Positions 16,356 to 26,989 of a stretch of 64,000 nucleotides of DNA are shown piece after piece. The stretch is from Desulfobacterales bacterium. GTDB lineage: Bacteria; Desulfobacterota; Desulfobacteria; Desulfobacterales; UBA2174. Within the stretch, counting starts at the first letter, position 1, and every line of letters begins with the position of its first letter. Made by a program: the position numbers and the translations under genes. The notes below the pieces were generated by a model. The model searched no databases. It was not told where the DNA came from and saw nothing but the letters and a program-made list of their open reading frames with translations. Location of the stretch: positions 544,001-608,000 of the forward strand of contig CAXXWC010000021.1 of the NCBI GenBank assembly GCA_963668645.2, written 5' to 3'.

Positions 16356-18128
16356 TCAGCCATAGGCCTTGAGGGCTTCGGCCTTCTTTTCCACGCCACG
16401 GGCCATTTCCTGCCTGTAACGAGCCAGCTTTCCGGCCACCGCCGCATCGCCAAGGGCGATGATCTGGGCCGCCAGAATCCCCGCGTTGGCAGCCCCGCTT
16501 TTGCCCACCGCCATGGTGGCCACGGGAATCCCCGGAGGCATCTGGACGGTGGACAGCAGGGCGTCGAGCCCCTGGAGGGCCGAAGAATCGATGGGCACCC
16601 CGATCACCGGCAGGTTTGTCTGGGCCGCCAGGGCTCCGGCCAGATGAGCCGCGTGCCCGGCCCCCGCGATAATGACCTGCATGCCCCGGCCGGCAGCCGT
16701 AGCGGCAAATTCGGCGGCCCGGGCCGGGGTGCGATGGGCCGAGGCCACCGTCATTTCGTAAGGGATGCCGAATTTCTTGAGCATTGCGGCAGCCCCTTCC
16801 ATCACGGCAAGGTCCGAATCGCTGCCCATGACGATCCCCACCTTGGGCGGCGTCTGGAAACGCACCAGGGCCTTGCGGCCGATATCGCTGCGGTGCTGGG
16901 CACCCTTCCAGGTAATCTTGGCCACGGCCTTATAGGCCTTCTTGATGGCCCCGTCGATGGTTTCGCCCAAGGCCGTAACCCCCAGGACTCTTCCCCCGTT
17001 GGTCACCACGGCGCCTTCCTTGGCATCCGTGCCGGCATGAAAGACCACCACATCGCGCATGCGAGCCGCCTTGTCCAGGCCCTGGATAGGATGCCCCTTG
17101 GCGTATTTTCCAGGATAGCCGCCCGAGGCCATGACCACGCAGACCGCGGCGCGCGGATCGATCTCCAGGCTCGCCTGATCGAGGCGTTCGTCGATGACCG
17201 CCTCCATGATCGGCACCAGATCGCTCTTGAGGCGCATGAGCAGCGGCTGGGCTTCGGGATCGCCGAAACGGCCGTTGAATTCGAGAACCCGGGGTGTATC
17301 GCCCTCGATCATCAGCCCTGCATAGAGCACCCCCTTGTAAGGACGCCCTTCGGCGGCCATGGCCTTGACGGTGGGGATCATGATCTCCTTCATCACCCGT
17401 TTGTGCATCAAGGCATCGACCACCGGGGCGGGCGAATAGGCGCCCATCCCACCGGTGTTGGGCCCCTTGTCGTCGTCGAAGACCGCCTTGTGATCCTGGC
17501 TGGTGGGCAGGGGCAGCACGGTCTTGCCGTCGGTAAAGGCCAGAAAGGAAGCCTCTTCGCCCACCAGGCAGTCTTCAACCACCACCTTCTTGCCCGCCTC
17601 GCCGAACTCTTTGGCCACCATGATCCGATCCAGGGCCTCCAGGGCCTCCTCAACCGTGGTGCAGACGATCACCCCCTTGCCGGCGGCCAGCCCGTCAGCC
17701 TTGACCACGATGGGGGCGCCCTTGTCCTGGACGTAGGCCTGAGCCTTCTTGAGGTTGGTAAAGCTTTCACCGTCCGCGGTGGGAATGCGATATTTGGTCA
17801 TCAAGTACTTGGCAAAGGACTTGCTCGACTCGATCTCGGCCGCCCGGCGGCTGGCGCCGAAAATCCGAAGTCCCTCGGCTTCGAAGGCATCCACGATCCC
17901 TCCGGAAAGCGGATCTTCCGGGCCCACCACCGTCAGGTCGATCTTCTCGGTGCGGGCAAAGGCGAGCAGCTCCTCGATGCGGTCGGCACCGATGGGCACG
18001 CAGGTCGCCACCGAGGCGATGCCCGCGTTGCCCGGGGCGCAATATACTTTCCGTACCCGGGGGCTCCGGGCGATCTTCCAGGCCAGGGTATGCTCTCTGC
18101 CGCCGCTGCCGATGACCAGGACTTTCAT
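16356..18128 (-). CDS. purD: phosphoribosylamine--glycine ligase fused to C-terminal PurE (N5-CAIR mutase)
   Basis: GSGGREH, KADGLAAGKGV, GPNTGGMGAY, RFGDPE; then MGSDSD, SAHRTP, AAHL, VQMPPGIPVAT. Confidence 0.95.
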   Translation of the reverse strand: MKVLVIGSGGREHTLAWKIARSPRVRKVYCAPGNAGIASVATCVPIGADRIEELLAFARTEKIDLTVVGPEDPLSGGIVDAFEAEGLRIFGASRRAAEIESSKSFAKYLMTKYRIPTADGESFTNLKKAQAYVQDKGAPIVVKADGLAAGKGVIVCTTVEEALEALDRIMVAKEFGEAGKKVVVEDCLVGEEASFLAFTDGKTVLPLPTSQDHKAVFDDDKGPNTGGMGAYSPAPVVDALMHKRVMKEIMIPTVKAMAAEGRPYKGVLYAGLMIEGDTPRVLEFNGRFGDPEAQPLLMRLKSDLVPIMEAVIDERLDQASLEIDPRAAVCVVMASGGYPGKYAKGHPIQGLDKAARMRDVVVFHAGTDAKEGAVVTNGGRVLGVTALGETIDGAIKKAYKAVAKITWKGAQHRSDIGRKALVRFQTPPKVGIVMGSDSDLAVMEGAAAMLKKFGIPYEMTVASAHRTPARAAEFAATAAGRGMQVIIAGAGHAAHLAGALAAQTNLPVIGVPIDSSALQGLDALLSTVQMPPGIPVATMAVGKSGAANAGILAAQIIALGDAAVAGKLARYRQEMARGVEKKAEALKAYG

Positions 18129-18223
18129 AATCCCTCCATTTCACGTTTTATCGGTGGGTCCCGCCGGGGCGGGACGGCCGGTTCGTCCAAATGCCGGCCT
18201 CATACGAAGTGTTGAAAAAAGGT

Positions 18224-19192
18224 CTAGCGTCGGCCCGCGCCGGCATGCACCTTGCGCTTCCGGTGACGATCGATGCCCAGCTCGATGAGCCGGTCCAGGA
18301 GCCGATCGAAAGGCATTCCGGCCGCTGCCGCCGCCTGGGGAAAAAGACTGGTGCGGGTCATGCCCGGAATGGTGTTGGTTTCCAAAACGAAGATTTCGCT
18401 TCCGCGCACGATCATATCGGTGCGGCTGTATCCTTCGCAGCACAGGATCTGATGGGCCTTGAGCGAAAGCCGCTGGGCCTCGGCGGTCAACCTCACATCG
18501 AGGCGTGCCGGGCAGATCTCATCGGTTTCCCCGGCTTGATACTTGGCCTCGTAGTCGAAAAAAGCATGACTCGATGAAGGGATGATCTCCACCAGGGGCA
18601 GGGCTTCGAGCCGATCGTTGCCGATCACCGCGCCGGTGACCTCCAAGCCCTGAATGTACTGCTCGATGACCACGGTCTCATCCAAGCCGAAGGCCTTGTC
18701 CAGGGCCGGAATCAGGTCGGCGGCTTCTCTTACGATGCTCATGCCGATGCTCGAACCGCAGGCCGACGGCTTGATTACCACCGGCAGACCGAGCCGTTCG
18801 ATCCAGGCGCCCGGATCGATCACATCCCCTTCGCGCACCACCAGGTAATCAGGAATCGGAATTTGCTCTTGAACGTAGCGCGCCTTGGCCAGCGCCTTGT
18901 TCATCGCCAGGGAGCTGCCCAGGACCCCCGAACCCTGATAGGGTATATCGAGAAGATCAAGAAGTCCCTGCACCGTTCCGTCCTCTCCGAAAGGACCATG
19001 CAGGATGATGAGAGCCACATCGATCTGCGCCGCCTCGGCCACCAGCCGGCCTAGATCGGCGGCCGGATCGTAGCGGCGTACGTTGTAGCGGTCCTTGTTC
19101 AAAGCGGCAAAAACCTGGTCGCCGCTGCTAAGCGACACCTCCCGTTCGGAAGAGTCGCCACCGGATAGGAGTGCAACGGTCAGTTTTTTCAT
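18224..19192 (-). CDS. ddl: D-alanine--D-alanine ligase
   Basis: GG.S.EREVSL.SG, LHGPFGEDG.VQG, GSSIG, DYEAKY, ETNTIPGMT..SL. Confidence 0.95.
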   Translation of the reverse strand: MKKLTVALLSGGDSSEREVSLSSGDQVFAALNKDRYNVRRYDPAADLGRLVAEAAQIDVALIILHGPFGEDGTVQGLLDLLDIPYQGSGVLGSSLAMNKALAKARYVQEQIPIPDYLVVREGDVIDPGAWIERLGLPVVIKPSACGSSIGMSIVREAADLIPALDKAFGLDETVVIEQYIQGLEVTGAVIGNDRLEALPLVEIIPSSSHAFFDYEAKYQAGETDEICPARLDVRLTAEAQRLSLKAHQILCCEGYSRTDMIVRGSEIFVLETNTIPGMTRTSLFPQAAAAAGMPFDRLLDRLIELGIDRHRKRKVHAGAGRR

Positions 19193-19394
19193 TTCATTTC
19201 TACTCGATTCTTCTGCAAAAGAGGTGAAAAAGGCCGCGCCCGCCGTCAGGCGGCCGGGTGCGAAATCAATTTTTTATGGCATGTTTCCGCGGAAATCTCA
19301 ACGTTCGATGCGCTGCCGCGGCTTTCGGTCCGGGACCGTCTCCATTTTCTCGCGGGCATATCTTGCCGGTCCCCAGGCGGCAGGGCAATGGACG

Positions 19395-19877
19395 CTAAGA
19401 TCCGAGCAGCCGGCGTTTGGCCTGGCGGTATTCATCGGCTGTGATCAGATCTTTTTCCAGCAGGCGGGCCAGCTCGCCCAGCTCCCGGATACGGGCCGTT
19501 TCCGGGTCTTCCAACTGCCGCTGGGGTAGTGTGGTGTCGTCGGGTAAAGCGTAGCGCGAATCGGGAGCCCCGAGCTTGAACGAGGCGATGCCGCCCAGCA
19601 GGTTGATCTCTACCGAACGGCCCCGGAAAACAGGATTGTTGAGCATCTCGGCCAGGGTCTTACCCTCGGTCTTCATCCGCCGCCAGAAGCGGTATCCGGA
19701 ATAGGCGATAAGGGAAGCGCCGGCCAGAAAAATCCAGAGCATGTACTGGACGAACCCACGGAAAAAGAGCACCAGCAGACCGAGTCCGGCGATCAGCACC
19801 ACATGCAGGGCCAGAATCAGGTACGCCAGCAGGACGCTTTTGAAAACGCTGTCCTTGTCCTTGGAGTCGTTGCGCAT
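19395..19877 (-). CDS. membrane protein with C-terminal SHOCT-like domain
   Basis: Two N-terminal hydrophobic segments; ELARLLEKDLIT.DEY..AKRRL. Confidence 0.75.
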   Translation of the reverse strand: MRNDSKDKDSVFKSVLLAYLILALHVVLIAGLGLLVLFFRGFVQYMLWIFLAGASLIAYSGYRFWRRMKTEGKTLAEMLNNPVFRGRSVEINLLGGIASFKLGAPDSRYALPDDTTLPQRQLEDPETARIRELGELARLLEKDLITADEYRQAKRRLLGS

Positions 19878-19913
19878 TTCAAAACACCCGAATGGCCTCT
19901 TGCCGCAAGGGAC

Positions 19914-20312
19914 TCACGCCCCCTGAGCGGTTTTTGGGCGCCGGGCGAGACGGTCGGCCAAAATCTGTTCGTAGTGCTGGGGAAGGTCGAGTTCGATGGT
20001 CCCTTTTCGAAGCGTATTGAGCCGCAGAATCAAAAAGTTCAGTCTGCGCATGACCTGGTAGCGTTCGCGCGTGTCAGTCATGGACGCCAGCAGGTCCTCG
20101 GTCCGTTCGATTTCCTTTTTCAGTTCGATCTCCGCCGGAAGGCAGTCCGCATTCTTGAGAATCTTGTAGGCCAGACGCAGGTCCTCGGGGATGTGCCGGT
20201 CCTCGGAAAATTCGATGGGCCGGCCCCGTCCTTCCAGCTCCCGGAAGGCTCCCCTCTTTTCTGCCAGGCGGATGCGCTCTTCAACGATGCGTTCGAATCC
20301 AGGGATCATCAA
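19914..20312 (-). CDS. DUF1992 (DnaJ-related) protein
   Basis: IVEERIR.A...G.F..L.G.G.P, PEDLRLAYKILKNA..LP.E. Confidence 0.85.
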   Translation of the reverse strand: MMIPGFERIVEERIRLAEKRGAFRELEGRGRPIEFSEDRHIPEDLRLAYKILKNADCLPAEIELKKEIERTEDLLASMTDTRERYQVMRRLNFLILRLNTLRKGTIELDLPQHYEQILADRLARRPKTAQGA

Positions 20313-20456
20313 GGCTCCCTATTGCGCGGTTTCACCGATCCAGGCTGTCTCGATCCAGAGGAAGATAGGATTGTCAAAATCGCGGCCCCTGTCAACCGGA
20401 AAAGAAAAGTGCCCTCCCCTTATCACAAACTGCTTGGGGTGAGCCGGCAAAAGGGC

Positions 20457-20642
20457 TCAGGATCTGCGGGTGGTGGCCTTGAGAGGCGTTGTGCCATCGC
20501 GATCCGGGCAGGTGTGCTCGGTGCAGCCCGTGCACCCGCCGCAGGAAGTGTCGGCGCCGGGCCTGGTCTGGCGCCGGATGTAGCGCAGCGCCAGACCTGC
20601 GGCCGCCAGAACAATGAGATAGACCAGATAGTCATCCAGCAT
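20457..20642 (-). CDS. small Cys-rich membrane protein (FeoB-associated type)
   Basis: One TM helix then SCGGCTGC...C; directly downstream of copA with a GGAG RBS. Confidence 0.7.
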   Translation of the reverse strand: MLDDYLVYLIVLAAAGLALRYIRRQTRPGADTSCGGCTGCTEHTCPDRDGTTPLKATTRRS

Positions 20643-20654
20643 AACCCGCTCCTT

Positions 20655-23093
20655 TCACAGCTTCGTACGGTAGAGACGCAGACTGTTGGAAACCACGGTG
20701 AGGCTGCTCAGGCTCATGGCCAGGGCTGCCAGGATCGGGTGCAATTGACCCAGGACCGCAGGCACGGCCTCGATGGGTGCCAGCACCCCTGCGGCTATCG
20801 GGATCAGGATAACGTTGTAGGCAAAAGCCCAGAAAAGGTTCTGGCGGATGGTGCCCAGGGTCAGCCGGCTCAGGCGCACGGCCCGGGGCACACCTTCCAG
20901 ACTGCCGCTGGAAAGGATGGCATCGGCGGTCTCGATGGCCACGTCGGTGCCCGTGCCGATGGCGATCCCCACATCGGCCTGGGCCAGGGCCGGAGCGTCG
21001 TTGATTCCGTCTCCGACCATGGCGGTGCGCTTTCCCTCACGTTGAAGCGCCTGCACGGCAGCGGATTTGTCCTCAGGCCGGACTTCGGCCATAACCTTGT
21101 CGATGCCCACCTGGGCCGCGATGGCCTCGGCCGTGGCCCGGTTGTCGCCGGTGATCATGGTCACTTCGAGCTTTTGGCGGTGCAGCCGGGCCACGGCCTG
21201 GGCCGCCTCGGGCTTGAGCCGGTCGGCCACGGCCACCATCCCCAAAGGACCGGCCTCGTCGGCAACCAGCATCACGGTCTTGCCCTGGCCCTGCAAGGCT
21301 TCGATGCGCTCGTCAAGATGTGCCTTACGAATGCCCAAATCGTCGAACCAGCGTGGTTTGCCCACCCGGATGTGGCGCCCGCCCACGCGCCCCTCCACCC
21401 CGTCCCCGCCGTGGGCCGCAAAGGCGCCCGGTTGATCCAGTGCCAGCTTGCGGTCCCGGGCCTCGGCAACGATGGCTTTTCCCAGCGGATGTTCCGATCC
21501 CTGCTCCACACTTGCCGCCAGGGTGAGCAGGGACGCTTCGGTTTCCAGCCTCAGGGCCAGCACGTCGGTCACCCGGGGCTTTCCCTCGGTGATGGTGCCG
21601 GTCTTGTCCAGCACCACGGTGTCCAGGCGTGCCAGGGTTTCCAGGGCGGCTCCGGTCTTGAAGAGGATCCCGTTTTCGGCCCCCTTGCCTGTACCGGCCA
21701 TGATGGCCGTGGGGGTGGCCAGGCCCAGGGCGCAGGGACAGGCGATCACCAGCACGGCCACCAGGCGCACCATGGCCGGGACAAAAGCACCGCCCGCGGC
21801 CCACCAGATGACAAAGACCGCAAGGGCCGTGAGGATCACCGCGGGCACGAAGACGGCCGCCACCCGGTCGGCCAGCGACTGGATCGGTGCCTTGCTCCCC
21901 TGGGCTTCCTGGACCAGGCGGATGATCTGGGCCAGGGCCGTATCCTTGCCCACCCGCCGGGCCGCAAAGCGGATCATCCCCTGGTGGTTGAGGGTACCAC
22001 CGGTGACCGCATCTCCCGGTCCCTTGTCCACCGGAAGGGATTCGCCGGTGAGCATCGACTCGTCGACGCTCGTCTGGCCGTCGATCACGGTGCCGTCCAC
22101 CGGCACGCTCTGGCCCGGGCGCACGATCACCGTATCGCCCACCACCACCTGGGCCAGGGGAACTTGCTCTTCCCGGTCCTCGCGCAGCACGGTGGCCATC
22201 TTGGGGCGCAGGTCCATCAACTTGCGGATCGCCTGTCCGGTGCGTCCCTTGGTGCGCGCTTCGAGCATCTTGCCCAGCTTGATCAGGGTGATGATCACCG
22301 CCGAGGTCTCGAAGTAGACGTGGTCGCCCAGCACGGGAAAAAGCATCAGGGCCAGGCTGTAGACATAGGCCACCGAAGATCCCATGGCCACCAGCACGTC
22401 CATGTTGGCCGTGCGGTTGCGCAGGCTCTTGAACCCGCCCACGTAAAAATCCCAGCCGGTATAGAACTGCACCGGCGTGGCCAGGGCCCAGAAAGCCCAG
22501 TTAACCCAGGCGGCGTGGCTCCAGGATCCGATGAGGTGAAAATCGCGGGCCATAGACCAGGAAAACAACGGCAGGGCGAAAATCAGCCCGACCCAGAATT
22601 TGCGCGTCTGGTCGCGGATTTCCCGGTCCCGGGCCTGCTGCTCGGCATCGGGAAGATCCGTGCCGTCCGCTGGCGCCACGGCGTCAAAGCCGGCCTTGCG
22701 GATGGCGGCCACCATCTCATCGACACTCAACAGGCTGGGGATATAGGCCACCTGGGCCTGCTCGCTGGCAAAATTGACCGTGGCCTCGACCACCCCGGGC
22801 AGTTTGCGGTTCAAGGTGCGCTCGATGTTGGCGGCACAGTTGGCGCAGGTCATGCCGATCAGCGGCAGGCTCACCTTTTCCAGCGGTACACCGTAGCCGC
22901 TCTTTTCGATCTTCGAGACGATCTGGGCCGCGTTTACCTGCTGCGGGTCGAATCGGACATCGGCCTGCTCGCTGGCAAAGTTCACCCTGGCCCCGGTGAT
23001 CCCCTCCAGGCGTCCCAGGGTGCGCTCGATGTTGGCGGCGCAGTTGGCGCAGGTCATGCCCCGCACCGGCAGGGTAAGGTGTGTTTCGCTCAT
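20655..23093 (-). CDS. copA: Cu(I)-translocating P1B-type ATPase
   Basis: Two GMTCANC HMA domains, [26 protein letters not shown] and MxxSS motifs. Start placed at MSETHL. Confidence 0.95.
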   Translation of the reverse strand: MSETHLTLPVRGMTCANCAANIERTLGRLEGITGARVNFASEQADVRFDPQQVNAAQIVSKIEKSGYGVPLEKVSLPLIGMTCANCAANIERTLNRKLPGVVEATVNFASEQAQVAYIPSLLSVDEMVAAIRKAGFDAVAPADGTDLPDAEQQARDREIRDQTRKFWVGLIFALPLFSWSMARDFHLIGSWSHAAWVNWAFWALATPVQFYTGWDFYVGGFKSLRNRTANMDVLVAMGSSVAYVYSLALMLFPVLGDHVYFETSAVIITLIKLGKMLEARTKGRTGQAIRKLMDLRPKMATVLREDREEQVPLAQVVVGDTVIVRPGQSVPVDGTVIDGQTSVDESMLTGESLPVDKGPGDAVTGGTLNHQGMIRFAARRVGKDTALAQIIRLVQEAQGSKAPIQSLADRVAAVFVPAVILTALAVFVIWWAAGGAFVPAMVRLVAVLVIACPCALGLATPTAIMAGTGKGAENGILFKTGAALETLARLDTVVLDKTGTITEGKPRVTDVLALRLETEASLLTLAASVEQGSEHPLGKAIVAEARDRKLALDQPGAFAAHGGDGVEGRVGGRHIRVGKPRWFDDLGIRKAHLDERIEALQGQGKTVMLVADEAGPLGMVAVADRLKPEAAQAVARLHRQKLEVTMITGDNRATAEAIAAQVGIDKVMAEVRPEDKSAAVQALQREGKRTAMVGDGINDAPALAQADVGIAIGTGTDVAIETADAILSSGSLEGVPRAVRLSRLTLGTIRQNLFWAFAYNVILIPIAAGVLAPIEAVPAVLGQLHPILAALAMSLSSLTVVSNSLRLYRTKL

Positions 23094-23106
23094 CCGCTGT
23101 GCTCCA

Positions 23107-23316
23107 TCAGGCGTCGGCGGCCGGGTAGTTAATCTCGCGCAGAGTCGCCAGAATCGACTCCAGGCTGGCGGGCGCATCCCAGGACACCGTTACCTGCTTG
23201 GTGCCCGGGTCCGCCTGGACGGAAGCCACTCCGGCCACTTCGCTCAATTCGTTCTGGATCGCGTTGGTGCAGTGGTGGCAGGAGATATTCGGGACGGTAA
23301 AAGTGCGTGTCTCCAT
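23107..23316 (-). CDS. copZ: copper chaperone (HMA domain)
   Basis: 69 aa, ISCHHC motif, upstream of copA. Confidence 0.9.
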   Translation of the reverse strand: METRTFTVPNISCHHCTNAIQNELSEVAGVASVQADPGTKQVTVSWDAPASLESILATLREINYPAADA

Positions 23317-23499
23317 CTTAAGGCTCCTTTCGGCAAAGGCCAGATTGCTTGGCGGACCGCGCCGGTCCAGCGGTATCGGACAACATAATCACCGCGCTCC
23401 GTTCGTCCAGCCAATTCACAATCCCGGGCCGGTCTGCTATGATGGCGGGGTCTAAAACGGCAATAAGACGAGCAACACCAAAACGAGGGAGACCGGTTC

Positions 23500-24606
23500 T
23501 TGGATTCGACTATCGCCCATCGCATTGAGATTCTTCGCCAGGTTATGGCCCAACGTCAGTTGGACGCCCTTCTGGTTCTGATCGGCGAAAATCGCCGCTA
23601 CCTGAGCGGCTTCAGCGCCGAAGACAACGGCTTTGACGAATCGTCCGGCGCGCTGCTCATCGGGGCCGAACAGCTTATCCTGGCCACCGATTCACGCTTC
23701 GAGATCCAGGCCCGCCAGGAGGCGCCCGGCTATGCAGTGCGGATCTACACCAAGGGCCTGGCCCTGGAATTGCCCGCCCTTCTGGCCGAGATCCGCCCCC
23801 GCCGCCTCGGTTTCGAAAGCCGGCGCCTCTCGGTGGACCAGCATTCCAAGATAGTGGCCCAACTCGCCAGGGCGGACCTGGCCGCAGAACTGGTGCCTGT
23901 CGCAGAACTGGTGGAAAACCAGCGCGTGATCAAAAGTGAAACCGAAATCGAGGCCACCCGCGCCGCGCTGGCCATCGCCGAAAGCGTCTTTGCCCGCCTG
24001 ATCGGCACCCTGAGCCCCGGCATGACCGAAAAACAGATCGCCTGGGCCCTGGATCGCGGCCTGCACGAGGCCGGGGCCGAGGATCTCTCCTTTCCCACCA
24101 TCGTGGCTGGCGGCCCCAACAGCGCCCTGCCCCACGCCATTCCCGCCGACCGTCCGGTGGGCGCCGGCGAACCGCTGCTCTTCGATTGGGGTGTACGGCT
24201 CAACGGCTACTGCTCGGACACGAGCCGCACCATCGTTCTGGGCGAGGCTGGCAACCGGTTTCAGCATGTTTACCAAACGGTACGCGAAGCCCAGCAAAAG
24301 GCCATCGCCGCTATCCGGCCCGGAGTCGCGGCAAGAGAGGTGGATGCCGTGGCTCGCGATCACATCGCCGCCAGCGGTTATGCCGGCAAGTTCGGCCACG
24401 GTCTGGGCCACGGCACGGGCCTGGCTATCCACGAAGGGCCGAGGCTTTCTCCTTTGAGCGATACGATCCTGGCGCCGGGGATGCTGGTGACGGTCGAGCC
24501 GGGCGTCTACATCGAGGGCTGGGGCGGGGTGCGTCTGGAAAACCAGGTAGTGGTGCGCCAGGACGGGGCCGAAGAGCTCAACAGCCTCCCCTTTTTGTTC
24601 GAATAG
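23500..24606 (+). CDS. Xaa-Pro aminopeptidase/dipeptidase (M24B)
   Basis: N.RYLSGF, TDSR, DWG...GY.SD.SRT, HGLGHG.GL.IHE.P, TVEPGVY, GVRLE. Confidence 0.92.
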   Translation: MDSTIAHRIEILRQVMAQRQLDALLVLIGENRRYLSGFSAEDNGFDESSGALLIGAEQLILATDSRFEIQARQEAPGYAVRIYTKGLALELPALLAEIRPRRLGFESRRLSVDQHSKIVAQLARADLAAELVPVAELVENQRVIKSETEIEATRAALAIAESVFARLIGTLSPGMTEKQIAWALDRGLHEAGAEDLSFPTIVAGGPNSALPHAIPADRPVGAGEPLLFDWGVRLNGYCSDTSRTIVLGEAGNRFQHVYQTVREAQQKAIAAIRPGVAAREVDAVARDHIAASGYAGKFGHGLGHGTGLAIHEGPRLSPLSDTILAPGMLVTVEPGVYIEGWGGVRLENQVVVRQDGAEELNSLPFLFE

Positions 24607-24756
24607 CCCTGCTGTAGCGCTGCCACAGGGCGGCCTCATTACGGCGATCGCGGAATGGCTTGATGGTATTGCCCCCTGGCAAGCCTCAAAAATTTTCCAC
24701 CAGGGGGGCCACCACAGGTCCAGCAAGCGTTTGGGGGCGCCGCTGGTGCGGCCTTC

Positions 24757-25794
24757 TCAGGTGCCGGCCGTCCAATCAACCGGGCTGGACCAGAGCGCGA
24801 GTCTGCGGCCGAGCCCTTGCTCCTTGGCTTTGCGGTAGGCCACGGTGGCAATGGCCACGTCCTCGATGGCAAGCCCCAAAGGCGCAAAATAGATGCGCTC
24901 GCCATCCTTTTCGCGCCCCGCTTTTCGCCCGAGCACGATGTCTCCCAATTCAGCCCAAATCTGATCGGCCTGAACCTTTCCGGCCAGATGCATGCGGGCA
25001 ATCAGGGGGGTTCTTCGATGGACCATTTCCTTCCAGTTGTCCAAGACGATCTTATCGGCTCTGAGAATGACCGCCTCTTCTTCCTCTTGATATGAACCCG
25101 CATGGATGAAAAGGACCCCTTCCTTCAACCAGGCGTCGCCCACGATGGGTTCATCGGCCACGGTGACCGTAATGACGATGTCGGATCCCCGAACCGCTTG
25201 TTCAGGACCTGCGCAGGCAACGGCCTCGATTCCGTATCGCTGTTCGGCCCAAGAACAAAATTTTTCGGCGGCCTTCTTCGAAATGTCGTAGGCCTGGACC
25301 CGCTCAAGCCCCGGGACCACTTCGGCCACCGCCATCAACTGGGTTCTCGACTGGACCCCGCACCCGATGATGCACAGGCACTTCGAATCGCGGCGGGCCA
25401 AATGTTTGACCCCGACACCCGTGGCGGCCCCGGTTCGCATGGCACTCAGATAGGTGCCGTCCATGATGGCAAGGGGCACTCCTGTATCGGCGTCGTTGAG
25501 AACGATGAGCGCATGGGCCCTGGGGATCCCGTGTTTGCCGGGATTGGCGGGAAACCCGGCGATCCACTTGATGCCGCACATCTCATAGCTTCCCGCCACA
25601 TAAGCCGGCATGGAATTGATGCGCCCGCGCTGTCTTTCGCCCAAATCCAAGATGGTCTTGGACGGGAAAATCACCTTCTTTTCGGATTGAAGCCGAAGAG
25701 CATCCTCGACCGCTTGCAGGGCGTCCTTCATCCGAATGCCTGTCGCGATCACGTCTTCCTGAGACAGAAATAAAAACTCCGGTTTGGTTTGCAT
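24757..25794 (-). CDS. ornithine cyclodeaminase/mu-crystallin-family protein
   Basis: MPAY, GIKW, L.D..TG.P.A.MDG..L.AMRTGA, IGCGVQ, GLAIEDVA. Confidence 0.9.
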   Translation of the reverse strand: MQTKPEFLFLSQEDVIATGIRMKDALQAVEDALRLQSEKKVIFPSKTILDLGERQRGRINSMPAYVAGSYEMCGIKWIAGFPANPGKHGIPRAHALIVLNDADTGVPLAIMDGTYLSAMRTGAATGVGVKHLARRDSKCLCIIGCGVQSRTQLMAVAEVVPGLERVQAYDISKKAAEKFCSWAEQRYGIEAVACAGPEQAVRGSDIVITVTVADEPIVGDAWLKEGVLFIHAGSYQEEEEAVILRADKIVLDNWKEMVHRRTPLIARMHLAGKVQADQIWAELGDIVLGRKAGREKDGERIYFAPLGLAIEDVAIATVAYRKAKEQGLGRRLALWSSPVDWTAGT

Positions 25795-25845
25795 CAGTTG
25801 GATTTATCCTCCATGGTATCTCGGGTTGTAAAGATTCAGGCCGGC

Positions 25846-26943
25846 TCAGGCCCCACACCTGCCGGTGCGGATGTATCGGATAAGATCCTGCGGGCCGAAC
25901 CCCTCGATTCCCATCACCGCCAGAGTCCTGCCCGTTCGGCGGTAGTCGGTTTGCATGAGGCTTTCTGCCAGGTTGACCATCGACGAAATCAGGGGGGTCT
26001 GGACACCGAAAAGTCGGCCCAAGGCCTCCAGCGGCACCAATCCTGTGGGAACGTCCTCATGAAGATAGCGGATATCGAGCCCTTGCGGGGCTTGGATCCC
26101 CTGGTAGGCGGGGTTGGTTCCCATCATGACGTGCAGTGGTGCGGTTTGCTGCCGGTAGGATTGCTGCAGCCATTCCCGAATGGTGGGCACCCGGACTCCT
26201 GCCGCCTGCGCGATGCAGACCCGCTCCCGATCCAATGCCTCGATGAGCGCTCCGACCCGCGGCGTGGCCCCGTTTTTATAAAATTCAAAAGGGGTGCCGG
26301 CCTCGATGCGCGAAGCGTTGAGCACTGAAATTGAGGGGTGAAACATGGCGCCGATATTGCCGAAGCTCGTCACGCGGATGTCCTGGGCCGCATAAAACTG
26401 CGGCACAACCTGCGCCAGGCGCCCCACCACCGCCTGTGTCTCGCAGGCCGGCATCACGCCCACGGCTACTTTTTCCTTGATACCGTTCAGATGCACTGCG
26501 TCGGGGGCGTTCTTGCGGCAGGCAAAAAGCAGCGTCTGGGATTCCACCACCGCCAGGTGTTTGTCCGCCTCGGCCAGCAATCGATACACTTCGAGGGCTC
26601 CGCCGGTTCTGCCCGGATTCAAAACAAGAATCGCATCATCGCGAAGCACGCCGGCCGCCTCCCGGGCAAAGCGCCCGTGCACATGGGCCGGGATAACGGC
26701 AAGAACGATATCCGCCTTTTGCACGGCATCGGCGATCGAGGCGGCCACCTCGATGCGGGCCTCGCCTTCAACCGTTCCCGTCACCCGGATCGCCCCTTTC
26801 GCGCGCAGCGCTTCGACGCAGTGGTCAAACGCGCCGAACTCGGCCAGCACGATCGGGAATCCTTTCAAGCCCAGCCAGCCGGCAAAGGCGAATCCGCCGT
26901 TTCCTCCGCCCACCACGGCAATCGTCGGTAGTTGACTGTTCAT
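25846..26943 (-). CDS. NAD/NADP octopine/nopaline (opine) dehydrogenase-family protein
   Basis: VVGGGNGG, PGRTGGALE, N.GAMFHP, D.ER, RY..EDVPTGLVP, GRTL. Confidence 0.88.
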   Translation of the reverse strand: MNSQLPTIAVVGGGNGGFAFAGWLGLKGFPIVLAEFGAFDHCVEALRAKGAIRVTGTVEGEARIEVAASIADAVQKADIVLAVIPAHVHGRFAREAAGVLRDDAILVLNPGRTGGALEVYRLLAEADKHLAVVESQTLLFACRKNAPDAVHLNGIKEKVAVGVMPACETQAVVGRLAQVVPQFYAAQDIRVTSFGNIGAMFHPSISVLNASRIEAGTPFEFYKNGATPRVGALIEALDRERVCIAQAAGVRVPTIREWLQQSYRQQTAPLHVMMGTNPAYQGIQAPQGLDIRYLHEDVPTGLVPLEALGRLFGVQTPLISSMVNLAESLMQTDYRRTGRTLAVMGIEGFGPQDLIRYIRTGRCGA

Positions 26944-26989
26944 GGGTTCAGCACCTCGGTTGTCTCAAAGAAGGTTTTGGCCGCTTTGC

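Noticed and set aside
19803..23132. 1109-aa plus-strand ORF
   Set aside because: Antisense shadow of copA and its neighbours; no recognisable motifs; expected from GC-rich codon bias
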